A stretch of 22,231 nt of DNA from Thermoplasmata archaeon (GCA_034667685.1 JAXDQU010000015.1:1-22231); one strand, 5' to 3'; numbered from the stretch's first letter, positions 1-8,376 are shown. Program-made: numbers and translations. The notes: generated by a model not told the origin, from the letters alone.

Positions 1-189
1 GCGTGTTGGCGTCTTGGCGTGATGGCGGAAAGCGAAGCGCCACGCGGAAGATGAAAACAAGAACCTCGCAGCAACTGAGAAGGCGATGAAACGAGACCTA
101 TCCCACGAATGGGATCGGGAAGGCCGAGGGCGCCTCGCCGGCGCGCTCGGGCGGGTGAGGCTTCTGCAGGTCCTCGACCCGTTCGAGGA

Positions 190-330
190 TCACACGCTGG
201 CCGAGAGGTCCGTGATCCGTTCTCTCACCGCCTTCAGCTCGGCTTCCAGCTCGCTCGCGTAGTCTTCCAACCAGGCCTTGCGCTCCTCGCGGGTGAAGTA
301 GCGCCGGCCACCGTAGGCTCCTTGGCACAT
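190..330 (-). CDS. Small coiled-coil protein, DUF5320-like (46 aa), not in ORF track
   Basis: Manual translation: MCQGAYGGRRYFTREERKAWLEDYASELEAELKAVRERITDLSASV*. The RRxxTxEE...LExY...LExEL..V.ERI..L pattern resembles small archaeal DUF5320-like proteins; GTGAT (partial SD) lies 6 nt upstream of the ATG. Confidence 0.7.
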   Translation of the reverse strand: MCQGAYGGRRYFTREERKAWLEDYASELEAELKAVRERITDLSASV

Positions 331-441
331 CGTCGATCACTGCGCCCTTGCGGGCACGAAGGAGGGGTGGGTCTTCCGGGGGCATGATGACCCGATGGCG
401 GCGTGACCGGGTCGCGCGCGGGCCGGTCAAGCGCCTGACTT

Positions 442-536
442 GCGGCCATCGCGAGCGCTGAGCGAAGCGAAGCGCGAGCATGGCCGCAGGCGAAGGCGCT
501 TGAGAGGCCGAACCCGACGAGCGGCCCGCAGGCCGC
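442..536. repeat. REP-like intergenic hairpin cluster
   Basis: GCGGCCAT(442-449)/ATGGCCGC(480-487) and GCGCT(455-459)/AGCGC(471-475) enclose a GAGCGAAGCGA loop; second hairpin GCGGCC-CGCA-GGCCGC (521-536). Lies just downstream of the minus-strand dehydrogenase. Confidence 0.55.
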
Positions 537-557
537 GAGGAGAGGAATTCGGCCGAA

Positions 558-1589
558 TCACGCGATGCGAAGCACGACCTTGCCCGCCGCGTCGCCCTTG
601 GCAAGCCGGGCGTACGCCTCCGCGCCGCGCTCCAGCGGGAAGACCTCGTCCACGATGGCCTTCAGGCGTCCCGCGAACACGAGGTCCATGACGGCGTCGA
701 ACTCGGCGCGCGTGCCCATCGTGCTGCCCAGGATCGCGAGCTGCTTCCAGAAGACCTGGTTGACCTCCATCGGGAAGTCGTAGCCCGTCGTGCCGCCCAC
801 GGTCACGATGCGCCCGCCCCGCGCCGCCGCGCGCAGGCTCCGGCTCCACGTCGCGGCGCCGACGTTGTCGACCACGACGTCCGCCCCGCGCTTGTCGGTG
901 AGGCGCGACACCTCGCGCGCCCAGTCGGCGCTCGCCAGGATGCCGTGGTCCGCGCCCAGCGACCGCGCGAGCTTCAGCTTGCCCTCGCTCGTGCCCACGA
1001 CGATCACGGGCGCGGCGCCGGCGAGCTTCGCGATCTGGATCGCCGCCGTGTTCACGCCGCCCCCCGCGCCCACGACGCAGACGCTCTCGCCCGCGCGGAG
1101 CTGCGCGCGCGTCACGAGCATGCGCCACGCGGTGAGGAACACGAGGCTCGCGGCCGCCGCGCCCTCGAAAGGAAAGCCATCCGGCACGCGCTTCAGGTTC
1201 GCCGCCGGGACGACGGCGTGCTCCGCGAAGACGCCGCGCGCGTGCTCGCCGATGAGCCGGTGCTCGCGGCACAGGCTGACCTCGCCCTTCCGGCACATCG
1301 CGCAGTGGCCGCACGAGAGGCTCGCCCACACCACGACGCGGTCGCCCGGCTTCCAGTCCGCGACGCCGGGGCCCACCTTCTCCACGACGCCCGCCGCGTC
1401 GCTGCCGCCCACGTGCGGCTTGGATAGCTCCAGCCCCTTCCACCCCTTCAGCACGAAGAGGTCGAGCCGGTTGAGCGCGGCGGCGTGCGCGCGGATGCGG
1501 ACCTCGCCAGGGCCGGGCTCGGGCGTCGGGAGATCGAGCACGCGGAGGTTGGCGAGGTCGCCGTGCTCGTGGAAGCCGAGGGCCTTCAT
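558..1589 (-). CDS. Zinc-binding MDR-family dehydrogenase / quinone oxidoreductase-like (343 aa)
   Basis: Structural-Zn motif CGHCAMCRKGEVSLC, Rossmann motif GAGGGV, C-terminal GKVVL. Catalytic-Zn positions appear replaced (ALNRLD; GSD instead of GHE). Confidence 0.93.
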   Translation of the reverse strand: MKALGFHEHGDLANLRVLDLPTPEPGPGEVRIRAHAAALNRLDLFVLKGWKGLELSKPHVGGSDAAGVVEKVGPGVADWKPGDRVVVWASLSCGHCAMCRKGEVSLCREHRLIGEHARGVFAEHAVVPAANLKRVPDGFPFEGAAAASLVFLTAWRMLVTRAQLRAGESVCVVGAGGGVNTAAIQIAKLAGAAPVIVVGTSEGKLKLARSLGADHGILASADWAREVSRLTDKRGADVVVDNVGAATWSRSLRAAARGGRIVTVGGTTGYDFPMEVNQVFWKQLAILGSTMGTRAEFDAVMDLVFAGRLKAIVDEVFPLERGAEAYARLAKGDAAGKVVLRIA

Positions 1590-1628
1590 GGCGTCCGCCC
1601 AACCGCGCGGCGGCGGATAATCCCGTCG

Positions 1629-2528
1629 TCAGACCTCCAGGGGCGCGGCGTCCAGCGTCAGCCGGAACGGCAGCGCGACCTGGCCGGCCGGCTCGCTGAC
1701 GCGGACCGTGCGCGCGTTGAGCGGGATGGAGGTGACCACCGGCGCCAGCACCTTTCCCGTGGGCTGATCGCGCGTCCAGATGGCCTTGCCGTGCTCGTCG
1801 AGCAGCTCGACCCGCGCGTCCGCGAGCGGCAGCGTCGAGCTCCACGCGACCGCAAGGTTCCGCCACCTCACCCCGTCCATGGGCGCGACGGGATAGACGA
1901 AGGCCGAGCCCGCGCCGGACAGACGCGCCGTGTCGTTCACGCTCGTGGGGAGCGCCGGGCGCGCCGCGGCATGCCGCACCGCGACGTGGAGCGTGACGCC
2001 GGCGGGCCGGAGGAGACGGTCGGCGGCCAGCGTCGCGTGCCACGCGCCGCCGGAAAACGCGCGCCCGACGACGAGCGTGGGGCTGCGGTCCCCCTGCGTG
2101 AAGGCGATGCCGCCCCCCGCGTGGTCCACGAGCGACAACGACCAGCCCGCCAGCGCGGCCGATCGGGGCGGCACGTCGGCCCGCACGACGATGGCATCCA
2201 CGCTCGCCGGGTCGTCCACCGGGAACGCCACGGTGAAACCGTCGGAGCCAGGTGCCACGGCGCCACGGTAGTCCTGCGCGAAATCCGGCGGCGCGGATGG
2301 GCTCGGCACGCGGCCCGTGGGCGGGTCGCCGATGATGGCTGGCGGCTCGTACGGAAACGTCTTGGGCGACCGGAGCGCGATGTCCACGGGCGGGAAGAGC
2401 AGCGCCACGGGCGCGGGGGCGGGCGCCGGTGCGGGCGTCGGCGCGTCGGGCATCAGGACGGCGGACGCGGCGAACCCGCTCAGGACGAAGGCCACGAGGG
2501 AAAGGGGAAGCTGCGTGCCCGAGCGCAT
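1629..2528 (-). CDS. Secreted or membrane-anchored hypothetical protein with Pro-Ala linker (~299 aa)
   Basis: Start moved to ATG 2528 (MRSGTQLPLSLVAFVLSGFAASA), followed by PTPAPAPAPAP and beta-rich segments; TATA-like GCTTATC ~25-30 nt upstream on the minus strand. Confidence 0.7.
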   Translation of the reverse strand: MRSGTQLPLSLVAFVLSGFAASAVLMPDAPTPAPAPAPAPVALLFPPVDIALRSPKTFPYEPPAIIGDPPTGRVPSPSAPPDFAQDYRGAVAPGSDGFTVAFPVDDPASVDAIVVRADVPPRSAALAGWSLSLVDHAGGGIAFTQGDRSPTLVVGRAFSGGAWHATLAADRLLRPAGVTLHVAVRHAAARPALPTSVNDTARLSGAGSAFVYPVAPMDGVRWRNLAVAWSSTLPLADARVELLDEHGKAIWTRDQPTGKVLAPVVTSIPLNARTVRVSEPAGQVALPFRLTLDAAPLEV

Positions 2529-2597
2529 GGGACGCAGCGCAACTGGCGCGCAGATAAGCAACCTCAGCGCGACCTCTCACGCTGCGATGTCGTCACG

Positions 2598-3599
2598 TCA
2601 CAGGTGCGTGATCGGCCCGAGCCCGTAGAGAGGAAGGAGCGCGAGCAGGAAGCCCAGGATCGCGCCGCCGTTCAGGAGCGGGAGGCCCGCCTGCGGGTTG
2701 CCCTTGAGCACGAACCACATGAGCGCGAGGAAGCCCACGAGGCTGCCGAGGAGCGTGGCGACGGAGACGACCAGCGCGCCCGAGACGCCCGCGAGCGTGA
2801 CGGTCGGGTCGAGGAACGAGAGCGCGGAGACGACGAGCACGCCCGGGATCACGGCGTCGCCCAGGCCCATGAACATGGCCTCGCGCGCCTCCTTCTTCTC
2901 CTCGGGGTCGGGGTTGCGGATCTTGCGCGTCTCCTCGAGGAACGAGTAGCCGCGGTGCTTGGGCACGACGAACATGATGGGGAGGCGCAGCTCCAGCACG
3001 CTGTCGGCCAGGTCGAGCATGTGCTTCGTGCGGTAGACGGCGATGGCGTCGTAGATCGCGAACGCCACGAGGAGGATGAGGCTCGGGATGATGCCGAAGC
3101 TGATGCCGAAGATGCCCGCCGCACCCGCCGCGACGAGGATGCCCACGATATCGATCACGTACCACTCCGGGTAGAACCACAAGAGCGCGGTGAGCGCGAG
3201 CGCCGCGACGCCGCCGGTGATCTCGGCGGCCGACAGGCCCAGGACGAGCGGCGCGCCGCCGGCGGCCTGCGTGAGCAGGGGCGCGGCGACGTAGTAGACG
3301 GTGAGCAGCACGGAGCCCAGCACGATGTACTTGATCAGCACGCGCTTGCCGTACTTCGCGATGAGCAGGATGACGATGGTGAAGACGACGACGATGGCGA
3401 GGTAGATCGGCGCGTTGGCGAGGCTGTTGGGGTCGGCGAACGCGCGGACGTTCTGGCTCGCGAACGTGTAGGAGAAGAGCGCGGCGAGCGCGATGGAGGC
3501 GACGAAGAGCGCGCCCATGAACGCGACCGCCGGGGCGTCGCGGCGCAGGTCCGCGCGCGTCGGGCCGGTCTGCGTCGCGTCCACCACGGGGTTCGTCAT
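2598..3599 (-). CDS. Presenilin-family intramembrane aspartyl protease (archaeal PSH, peptidase A22) (333 aa)
   Basis: About 9 hydrophobic segments, YD motif (AIYDAIAVYRTKHM), GxGD motif (MGLGD) and PAL-equivalent PQAGLPLLN. Confidence 0.93.
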   Translation of the reverse strand: MTNPVVDATQTGPTRADLRRDAPAVAFMGALFVASIALAALFSYTFASQNVRAFADPNSLANAPIYLAIVVVFTIVILLIAKYGKRVLIKYIVLGSVLLTVYYVAAPLLTQAAGGAPLVLGLSAAEITGGVAALALTALLWFYPEWYVIDIVGILVAAGAAGIFGISFGIIPSLILLVAFAIYDAIAVYRTKHMLDLADSVLELRLPIMFVVPKHRGYSFLEETRKIRNPDPEEKKEAREAMFMGLGDAVIPGVLVVSALSFLDPTVTLAGVSGALVVSVATLLGSLVGFLALMWFVLKGNPQAGLPLLNGGAILGFLLALLPLYGLGPITHL

Positions 3600-3649
3600 C
3601 GGCCGCGCGAGCGGGGCGGGGCGCTATGAGGGCTTCGGCATGCGCTGGC

Positions 3650-6262
3650 TCAGACGAGGTCGGGCGCGGGGCTCCTGACGTCGAGCGTCGTCGTGCTCTC
3701 CACGCTCGCGGGCGTCATCTGCGCGGGCTTGTACTGGAAGCCCACGTAGAGGTCGAGCTGGTCGCGCTTGTGCGCGTCGGGCAGCGCGCCGTTGGCCTCG
3801 AACTGCGCGAAGTCCACCGGCTTCCAATACTGGTCCGTGCCGGGCGGGAGGACGCTGTACGCCTCGCCCGTGCCCCAGTCGTAGAGGTGGTTGAAGCTGG
3901 GGCGGTTGACCATCGGGATCTGCCACGCGGGGCCGCCGGAGAGGGCGACGAACTTGATCATGTGGATCGGCTCGCGCCACTGGCCCACGTCGGTCGTGCC
4001 GTAGCGCGCGGCGAGCTCGCCGACGGCCTGCCGCAGGACCTGGTCCGAGAGCGCGGCGCAGGAGAGCGGCGCGCACCAGTCGTGCTCGTCGCGCCCCTCG
4101 AACGCGTTGAGCAGCGGACCCTCCTTGTTGTCGCTGCGGCCCGCGTCGGCCGCGTGCGGGTCGCTGCTCGTGGGCGGATCGAAGTTGATCGCGCTCATCA
4201 TGGGCCCCAGCGTCGCGCCTTCGAGCGCGACCTGCATGTCGCTGCGCCACTGCTCATAGATCGCCATGCCGGGGTGGACGTACTTCGATTGGGGCGCGCC
4301 GCTGCGGAGGATCTCCGTGCCGCCGTGGTCGTCGTCCCAGCAGTAGCCGCAGTCGCGCCAGTCGCGCAGCGCGTCGACGGCCGCTTGCATCTGCGGCTCG
4401 ACGTCGTGCTCAGATGCTCCGATGACGTAGGGCCCGAGCTTGTAAGCGAACGGGTTCTCCGTGCTGATGCGGTGGTTGATGGCCTCCAGCTCGGGGACGC
4501 CGAGCTTGTGGTCCGGGCTGCTGGCGATGGCGTCACGGATCGCCTGGTCGTACAATTCGACGCGGTGGACGCTGCCCCACTGCTCGCGCGCGGCGCCCGC
4601 GCTGAACCCCTGCTCGGGGAGGTTGTTCCAGTTGACCGTGTAGCCCTGCTCGGGGTTCACGATGTGCGGCATCTCGTGGCCGGTGCGCAGGCCCGTCCAG
4701 TCCCAGAGGCCCGCGATGCGCGGCAGGCGCGAGTCGTAGCCCATCGCGCGGACCGGGTTGCCGCCCCAGTGGAAGTAGGCGATGTTGCCGGCGTCATCCG
4801 CGTAGTTGAAGTTGAACGTGAAGCGGAACTGCTCCATGTGGTCCGCGAAGCCGGTCAGGTTGCTCTCCTGGCCCAGCGTTAGCCACATGAGGCCGCTGTG
4901 CAATTCGTCGCCGCGCGTCGTCGCCTGGCGCACGAAGGCGTAGCCCGCGTTCTCGTTGAGCGCGAAGACCGGACCCTCGTTCGTGCGGCAGACCTCCTGC
5001 GTCGCGAGGATCGGCGGGCTCTGGTCCACCGCGCTGGGCTTGCCGAGGTACGTCTCGGTGCGGCAGGCCATCGGCGTGATATCACCGGTCGTGCCGTTGT
5101 AATATTCTCGGGGGTTGCCGGGGACGAGGCGTTCGGCCACGACGTCCACCTGGTCGCCGTCGCCGCTCGTCACGGTCCACGAGTAGTGCTGCGCGCGGCC
5201 GATGATGACGCCCGGCGCGCCGCCCACGCCCATGCCCAGCGCCTCGTAGCCCGCGCCGTGCAGCGCGACCTCGTAGGGGATCATCGGGCTGTAGTACGCC
5301 ATCTGCGGGCCGCCCAGCAGGAGCGCGTTGCCGCTGCGCGAATACTTCGGCGCGATGAGGCCCGCGTTGCTGCCCCACTTGAGCGGCATGCCCGCGTCCA
5401 CCGTGCTCTGTGCAAGGTCGCCGAGGCTGCCCGCGCAGTCGCCCGCGACGCCGCTCGTGGCGACGAGGCACCGGACGTCGCCGAAGGGTGTCGCGTTGGC
5501 CGCGGCCCACGTGACGTTCCACTGCGCGGCCGGGATCTCGGCGAAGGAAAGCGGGCGCTCGCCGCTCTCGAAGCGCCCCTCGTTGGCGGGGATCGTCGAG
5601 TACGACTCGTTGTCGTACATCCACACGAGGTCGTGGAACGCCTTCTCGACCTCGTCCGCCGGCAGCGTCCGCGAGAGCTGGAGCAGGAGCTGGGCATTTG
5701 ATAGCTCCTGGTCGCCGCCGCCCACGCCGAAGATCGAGAGCAGGTAGTCCGCGATGGCGACGGTGTCCTCGGGGATCCACGGCTCGGGCGCGTGGCCGAT
5801 GGCGACCTCCTCCGCGGGCAGGAGCGTCGGGTCGCGCTTGGTCTGGTTGAGCCAGGCGTTGACGCCGTCGGCGAACCCGAGCAGCGCGGTGCGCTGGTCC
5901 GCGGGCAGGCCGAGCCACTGCTGCGTGCGCTCGCTCTCGGTGTACAGGTCGCGCCGCGCCGCGAGGTCCATGCCCAGGTAGCTCGGGCCGAGAAGCTGCG
6001 TCGCTTCGCCGCGCCCCACGAAGCGCAGCACGTCCATCTGGAAGAACCGGTCCTGCGCCATCGCATAGCCGTTGCCGAAGAAGAGGGCATAGGCCGTGTC
6101 CGCGTAGACGTGCGGCACGCCGTACGCATCGCGCTGGATCGTCACCGTCTCCCGCGTGGGCAGCGTGAGCTTCGTCGGCTGCGCCTTGAGCGCGTGGGCC
6201 GTGACGAGGAGCGAGGGGACGACGAGGGCGAGGACGATGAGGATGGCCAGGCGGCGTGCCAG
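3650..6262 (-). CDS. Secreted penicillin acylase family Ntn-hydrolase (peptidase S45), ~870 aa, probable CTG start
   Basis: IQRDAYGVPHVYA, GYAMAQDRFFQMD, beta-subunit nucleophile G|SNA...SGNALLLGGPQ, NFNYAD..GNI, VNWNN. The frame stays open upstream of the track's GTG (6145) through a signal peptide ARRLAILIVLALVVPSLLVTAHA; GGAGG lies 7 nt before CTG 6262. Confidence 0.9.
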   Translation of the reverse strand: MARRLAILIVLALVVPSLLVTAHALKAQPTKLTLPTRETVTIQRDAYGVPHVYADTAYALFFGNGYAMAQDRFFQMDVLRFVGRGEATQLLGPSYLGMDLAARRDLYTESERTQQWLGLPADQRTALLGFADGVNAWLNQTKRDPTLLPAEEVAIGHAPEPWIPEDTVAIADYLLSIFGVGGGDQELSNAQLLLQLSRTLPADEVEKAFHDLVWMYDNESYSTIPANEGRFESGERPLSFAEIPAAQWNVTWAAANATPFGDVRCLVATSGVAGDCAGSLGDLAQSTVDAGMPLKWGSNAGLIAPKYSRSGNALLLGGPQMAYYSPMIPYEVALHGAGYEALGMGVGGAPGVIIGRAQHYSWTVTSGDGDQVDVVAERLVPGNPREYYNGTTGDITPMACRTETYLGKPSAVDQSPPILATQEVCRTNEGPVFALNENAGYAFVRQATTRGDELHSGLMWLTLGQESNLTGFADHMEQFRFTFNFNYADDAGNIAYFHWGGNPVRAMGYDSRLPRIAGLWDWTGLRTGHEMPHIVNPEQGYTVNWNNLPEQGFSAGAAREQWGSVHRVELYDQAIRDAIASSPDHKLGVPELEAINHRISTENPFAYKLGPYVIGASEHDVEPQMQAAVDALRDWRDCGYCWDDDHGGTEILRSGAPQSKYVHPGMAIYEQWRSDMQVALEGATLGPMMSAINFDPPTSSDPHAADAGRSDNKEGPLLNAFEGRDEHDWCAPLSCAALSDQVLRQAVGELAARYGTTDVGQWREPIHMIKFVALSGGPAWQIPMVNRPSFNHLYDWGTGEAYSVLPPGTDQYWKPVDFAQFEANGALPDAHKRDQLDLYVGFQYKPAQMTPASVESTTTLDVRSPAPDLV

Positions 6263-6336
6263 GGGAATGCCTCCCGGTGGCGCGACGCGGTGCGGGGAGG
6301 ATAAGGATTGCCGGGAGCGAGGCTCTGCGTCCCCGG

Positions 6337-6556
6337 AGCCTCAGCCTCGGCCCCCTTAGCCTCAGCCTCAGCCTCGGCCCTAGCCTCAGTCTGTAGCCCC
6401 GACTCCTCCAGCCACAGAGGACACAGAGGGACGAGAAAAATCGCCTCTGTGATCCTCTGTGTCCTCTGTGGCTGGAGGAGTCAGGGCAACAGGCTAGGGC
6501 TGAGGCCGAGGCTGAGGCTAAGGCTGAGGCTAAGGCTGAGGCTAAGGCCGAGGCTA
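6337..6556. repeat. 220-bp composite palindrome: hexamer tandem arms plus a 29-bp perfect inverted repeat
   Basis: GACTCCTCCAGCCACAGAGGACACAGAGG (6401-6429) pairs perfectly with 6454-6482. Left flank is AGCCTC-type hexamers (6337-6393); right flank is 11 AGGCTG/AGGCTA/AGGCCG-type hexamers (6491-6556). Confidence 0.9.
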
Positions 6557-6865
6557 TCGCCGCATCCTCAGATTCCGAAGCTTCTCGCGCTCGGCGCGCT
6601 GCTTCTCCTTGGCGCGGACCTGGCGCTTGTTGGGCCCCTTGCCGATGCGCAGGCCGCGCTTCATCGTGAGGAACCACCAGACGATGACGAAGCCGAGGCC
6701 CACGACGGTGAGCGCGATGTTGGCGTAGACGCCCGCCGGCGCGGGCAGCACGTAGAGCGCAGCGAGGCCGAGCGCGTAGAGGATGAACCCCGCGACCATG
6801 CCCACGAAGAGCGTGCGGAGGAGCCGGTCGTCGTCGGCCGGCTTGCTGGCGGCGGGCGTGCCCAT
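6554..6865 (-). CDS. Small membrane protein, two TM helices and a basic C-terminal tail (103 aa)
   Basis: Two hydrophobic stretches followed by an R/K-rich tail; TTCAAAT ~25-30 nt upstream on the minus strand; GC-rich third positions. Confidence 0.75.
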   Translation of the reverse strand: MGTPAASKPADDDRLLRTLFVGMVAGFILYALGLAALYVLPAPAGVYANIALTVVGLGFVIVWWFLTMKRGLRIGKGPNKRQVRAKEKQRAEREKLRNLRMRR

Positions 6866-6968
6866 CGGGGCGCCAACCCGGCGTCGGGGATTTGAAGGCT
6901 GCCCCGCGCGGGGCGTCGTGAAGCGGGTCCTGGGAAGCTAGAAGCGGCGCGGCGTCGCTGCGCGGCGC

Positions 6969-8342
6969 ATGAAGTACCACGAGACGATCCTGGGCGCCAT
7001 CGGCAACACGCCCCTGGTGAAGCTCAACCGCCTCACCGAAGGCCTCCGCCCGCTGGTCCTCGTGAAGTGCGAGTTCATGAATCCAGGCGGGTCGGTGAAG
7101 GACCGCATCGGCCCCGCGATGATCGAGGACGCCGAGAAGTCGGGGAAGCTGAAGCCCGGCGGCACGGTCGTCGAGGGCACCAGCGGCAACACCGGCGTGG
7201 GCCTCGCCATGGCGGCGGCGATCAAGGGATACCGCACCGTGTTCACGATGGGCGACAAGCAGAGCCGCGAGAAGCAGCTCGTGCTCAAGGCCTTCGGCGC
7301 GCGCGTCGTCGTGTGCCCCAGCGCCGTCGCGCCCGACGACCCGCAGTCGTACTACTCGGTGGCCCGCCGGATCACGCAGGAGACGCCCAACGCGGTGTAC
7401 CCCAACCAGTACGACAACCAGGCGAACCCCAACGTGCACTACCGCACCACCGGGCCGGAGATCTGGCGCGACACCGAGGGCAAGGTCACGCACTACTTCG
7501 TCGCCACCGGCACCGGCGGCACCATCAGCGGCACGGCGAAGTTCCTCAAGGAGAAGAACCCGAACGTCAAGGTCATCGCCATCGACCCCGAGGGCTCGAT
7601 CCTCAAGGAATACAAGGAGACGGGCGAGTACCACCCCGAGCACGCCCGCAGCTACAAGGTCGAGGGGTTCGGCGAAGATATCATTCCCAAGGCGACGTGG
7701 TTCGACTACATCGACGAGTTCGTCAAGGTCAGCGACAAGGAGAGCTTCGAGACGGCGCGGGCGCTCGCGCGGCGCGAGGGCATCTTCGCGGGCGGCAGCG
7801 CGGGCAGCGCGGTCGCCGGGGCGCTGAAGTACCTCAAGCAGAAGGACCTCGGCCCGGACGCCGTCTGCGTGATCATCCTCGCCGACTCCGGCTCGCGCTA
7901 CGTCACCAAGTTCTACAGCGACGAATGGATGGAGGAGAACGGCTTCCTCGAAGCCTCGGACAGCGTGGGCCGCCTCCTCGACGCCAAGAAGGGCCCCGGC
8001 GAATTGCTATCGGTGACGCGCGCCACGACCCTGCGCCGTGCGCTGGACACGATGGCGCACCACGGCGTGAGCCAGCTCCCCGTGCTCGACGAGGACGGCC
8101 AGCCCATGGGCTCGCTGCGCGAGGAGGTCGCCACGGCGCGCGCCCTCTCGCGCCCCGAGTGCCTCAACGAGCCGGTCAGCCACGTCATGGAGCCCCCCTT
8201 CCCCGCCATCGAGGCGACCGCGCCGGTCAGCGCCGCGGTGCAGCACCTCAAGGACCACGCCGCGGTCCTCGTCCGGCGCGAGGGGCAGACCGTGGGCATC
8301 CTCTCCCGCTACGACCTGCTCAGCCACCTCGCGAAGCGGTGA
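6969..8342 (+). CDS. cbs: Cystathionine beta-synthase with C-terminal CBS domain pair (457 aa)
   Basis: PLP lysine motif NPGGSVKDRIG, TSGNTG substrate loop, GTGGT, EGIFAGGSAGS, and a CBS-domain tail (HGVSQLPV...GILSRYDLL). Confidence 0.92.
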   Translation: MKYHETILGAIGNTPLVKLNRLTEGLRPLVLVKCEFMNPGGSVKDRIGPAMIEDAEKSGKLKPGGTVVEGTSGNTGVGLAMAAAIKGYRTVFTMGDKQSREKQLVLKAFGARVVVCPSAVAPDDPQSYYSVARRITQETPNAVYPNQYDNQANPNVHYRTTGPEIWRDTEGKVTHYFVATGTGGTISGTAKFLKEKNPNVKVIAIDPEGSILKEYKETGEYHPEHARSYKVEGFGEDIIPKATWFDYIDEFVKVSDKESFETARALARREGIFAGGSAGSAVAGALKYLKQKDLGPDAVCVIILADSGSRYVTKFYSDEWMEENGFLEASDSVGRLLDAKKGPGELLSVTRATTLRRALDTMAHHGVSQLPVLDEDGQPMGSLREEVATARALSRPECLNEPVSHVMEPPFPAIEATAPVSAAVQHLKDHAAVLVRREGQTVGILSRYDLLSHLAKR

Positions 8343-8376
8343 CAAGGGCGATATAGGCCCAGGGAGACTCCGAAGC

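Noticed and set aside
427-3629. Long ORFs 427..2580 (-, 717 aa) and 1485..3629 (+, 714 aa)
   Set aside because: Arg/Ala/Gly-rich shadow frames overlapping well-supported genes; expected at this GC content.
6337-6556. Possible CRISPR array
   Set aside because: The units are 6-bp tandem repeats in inverted orientation with no unique spacers, and there are no cas genes in the window.
5082-7643. 853-aa minus-strand ORF and 6308..6895 plus-strand ORF with ASASAL / RLRLRL runs
   Set aside because: The low-complexity peptides are just translations of the hexamer palindrome; the rest is antisense to cbs or off-frame to the acylase.
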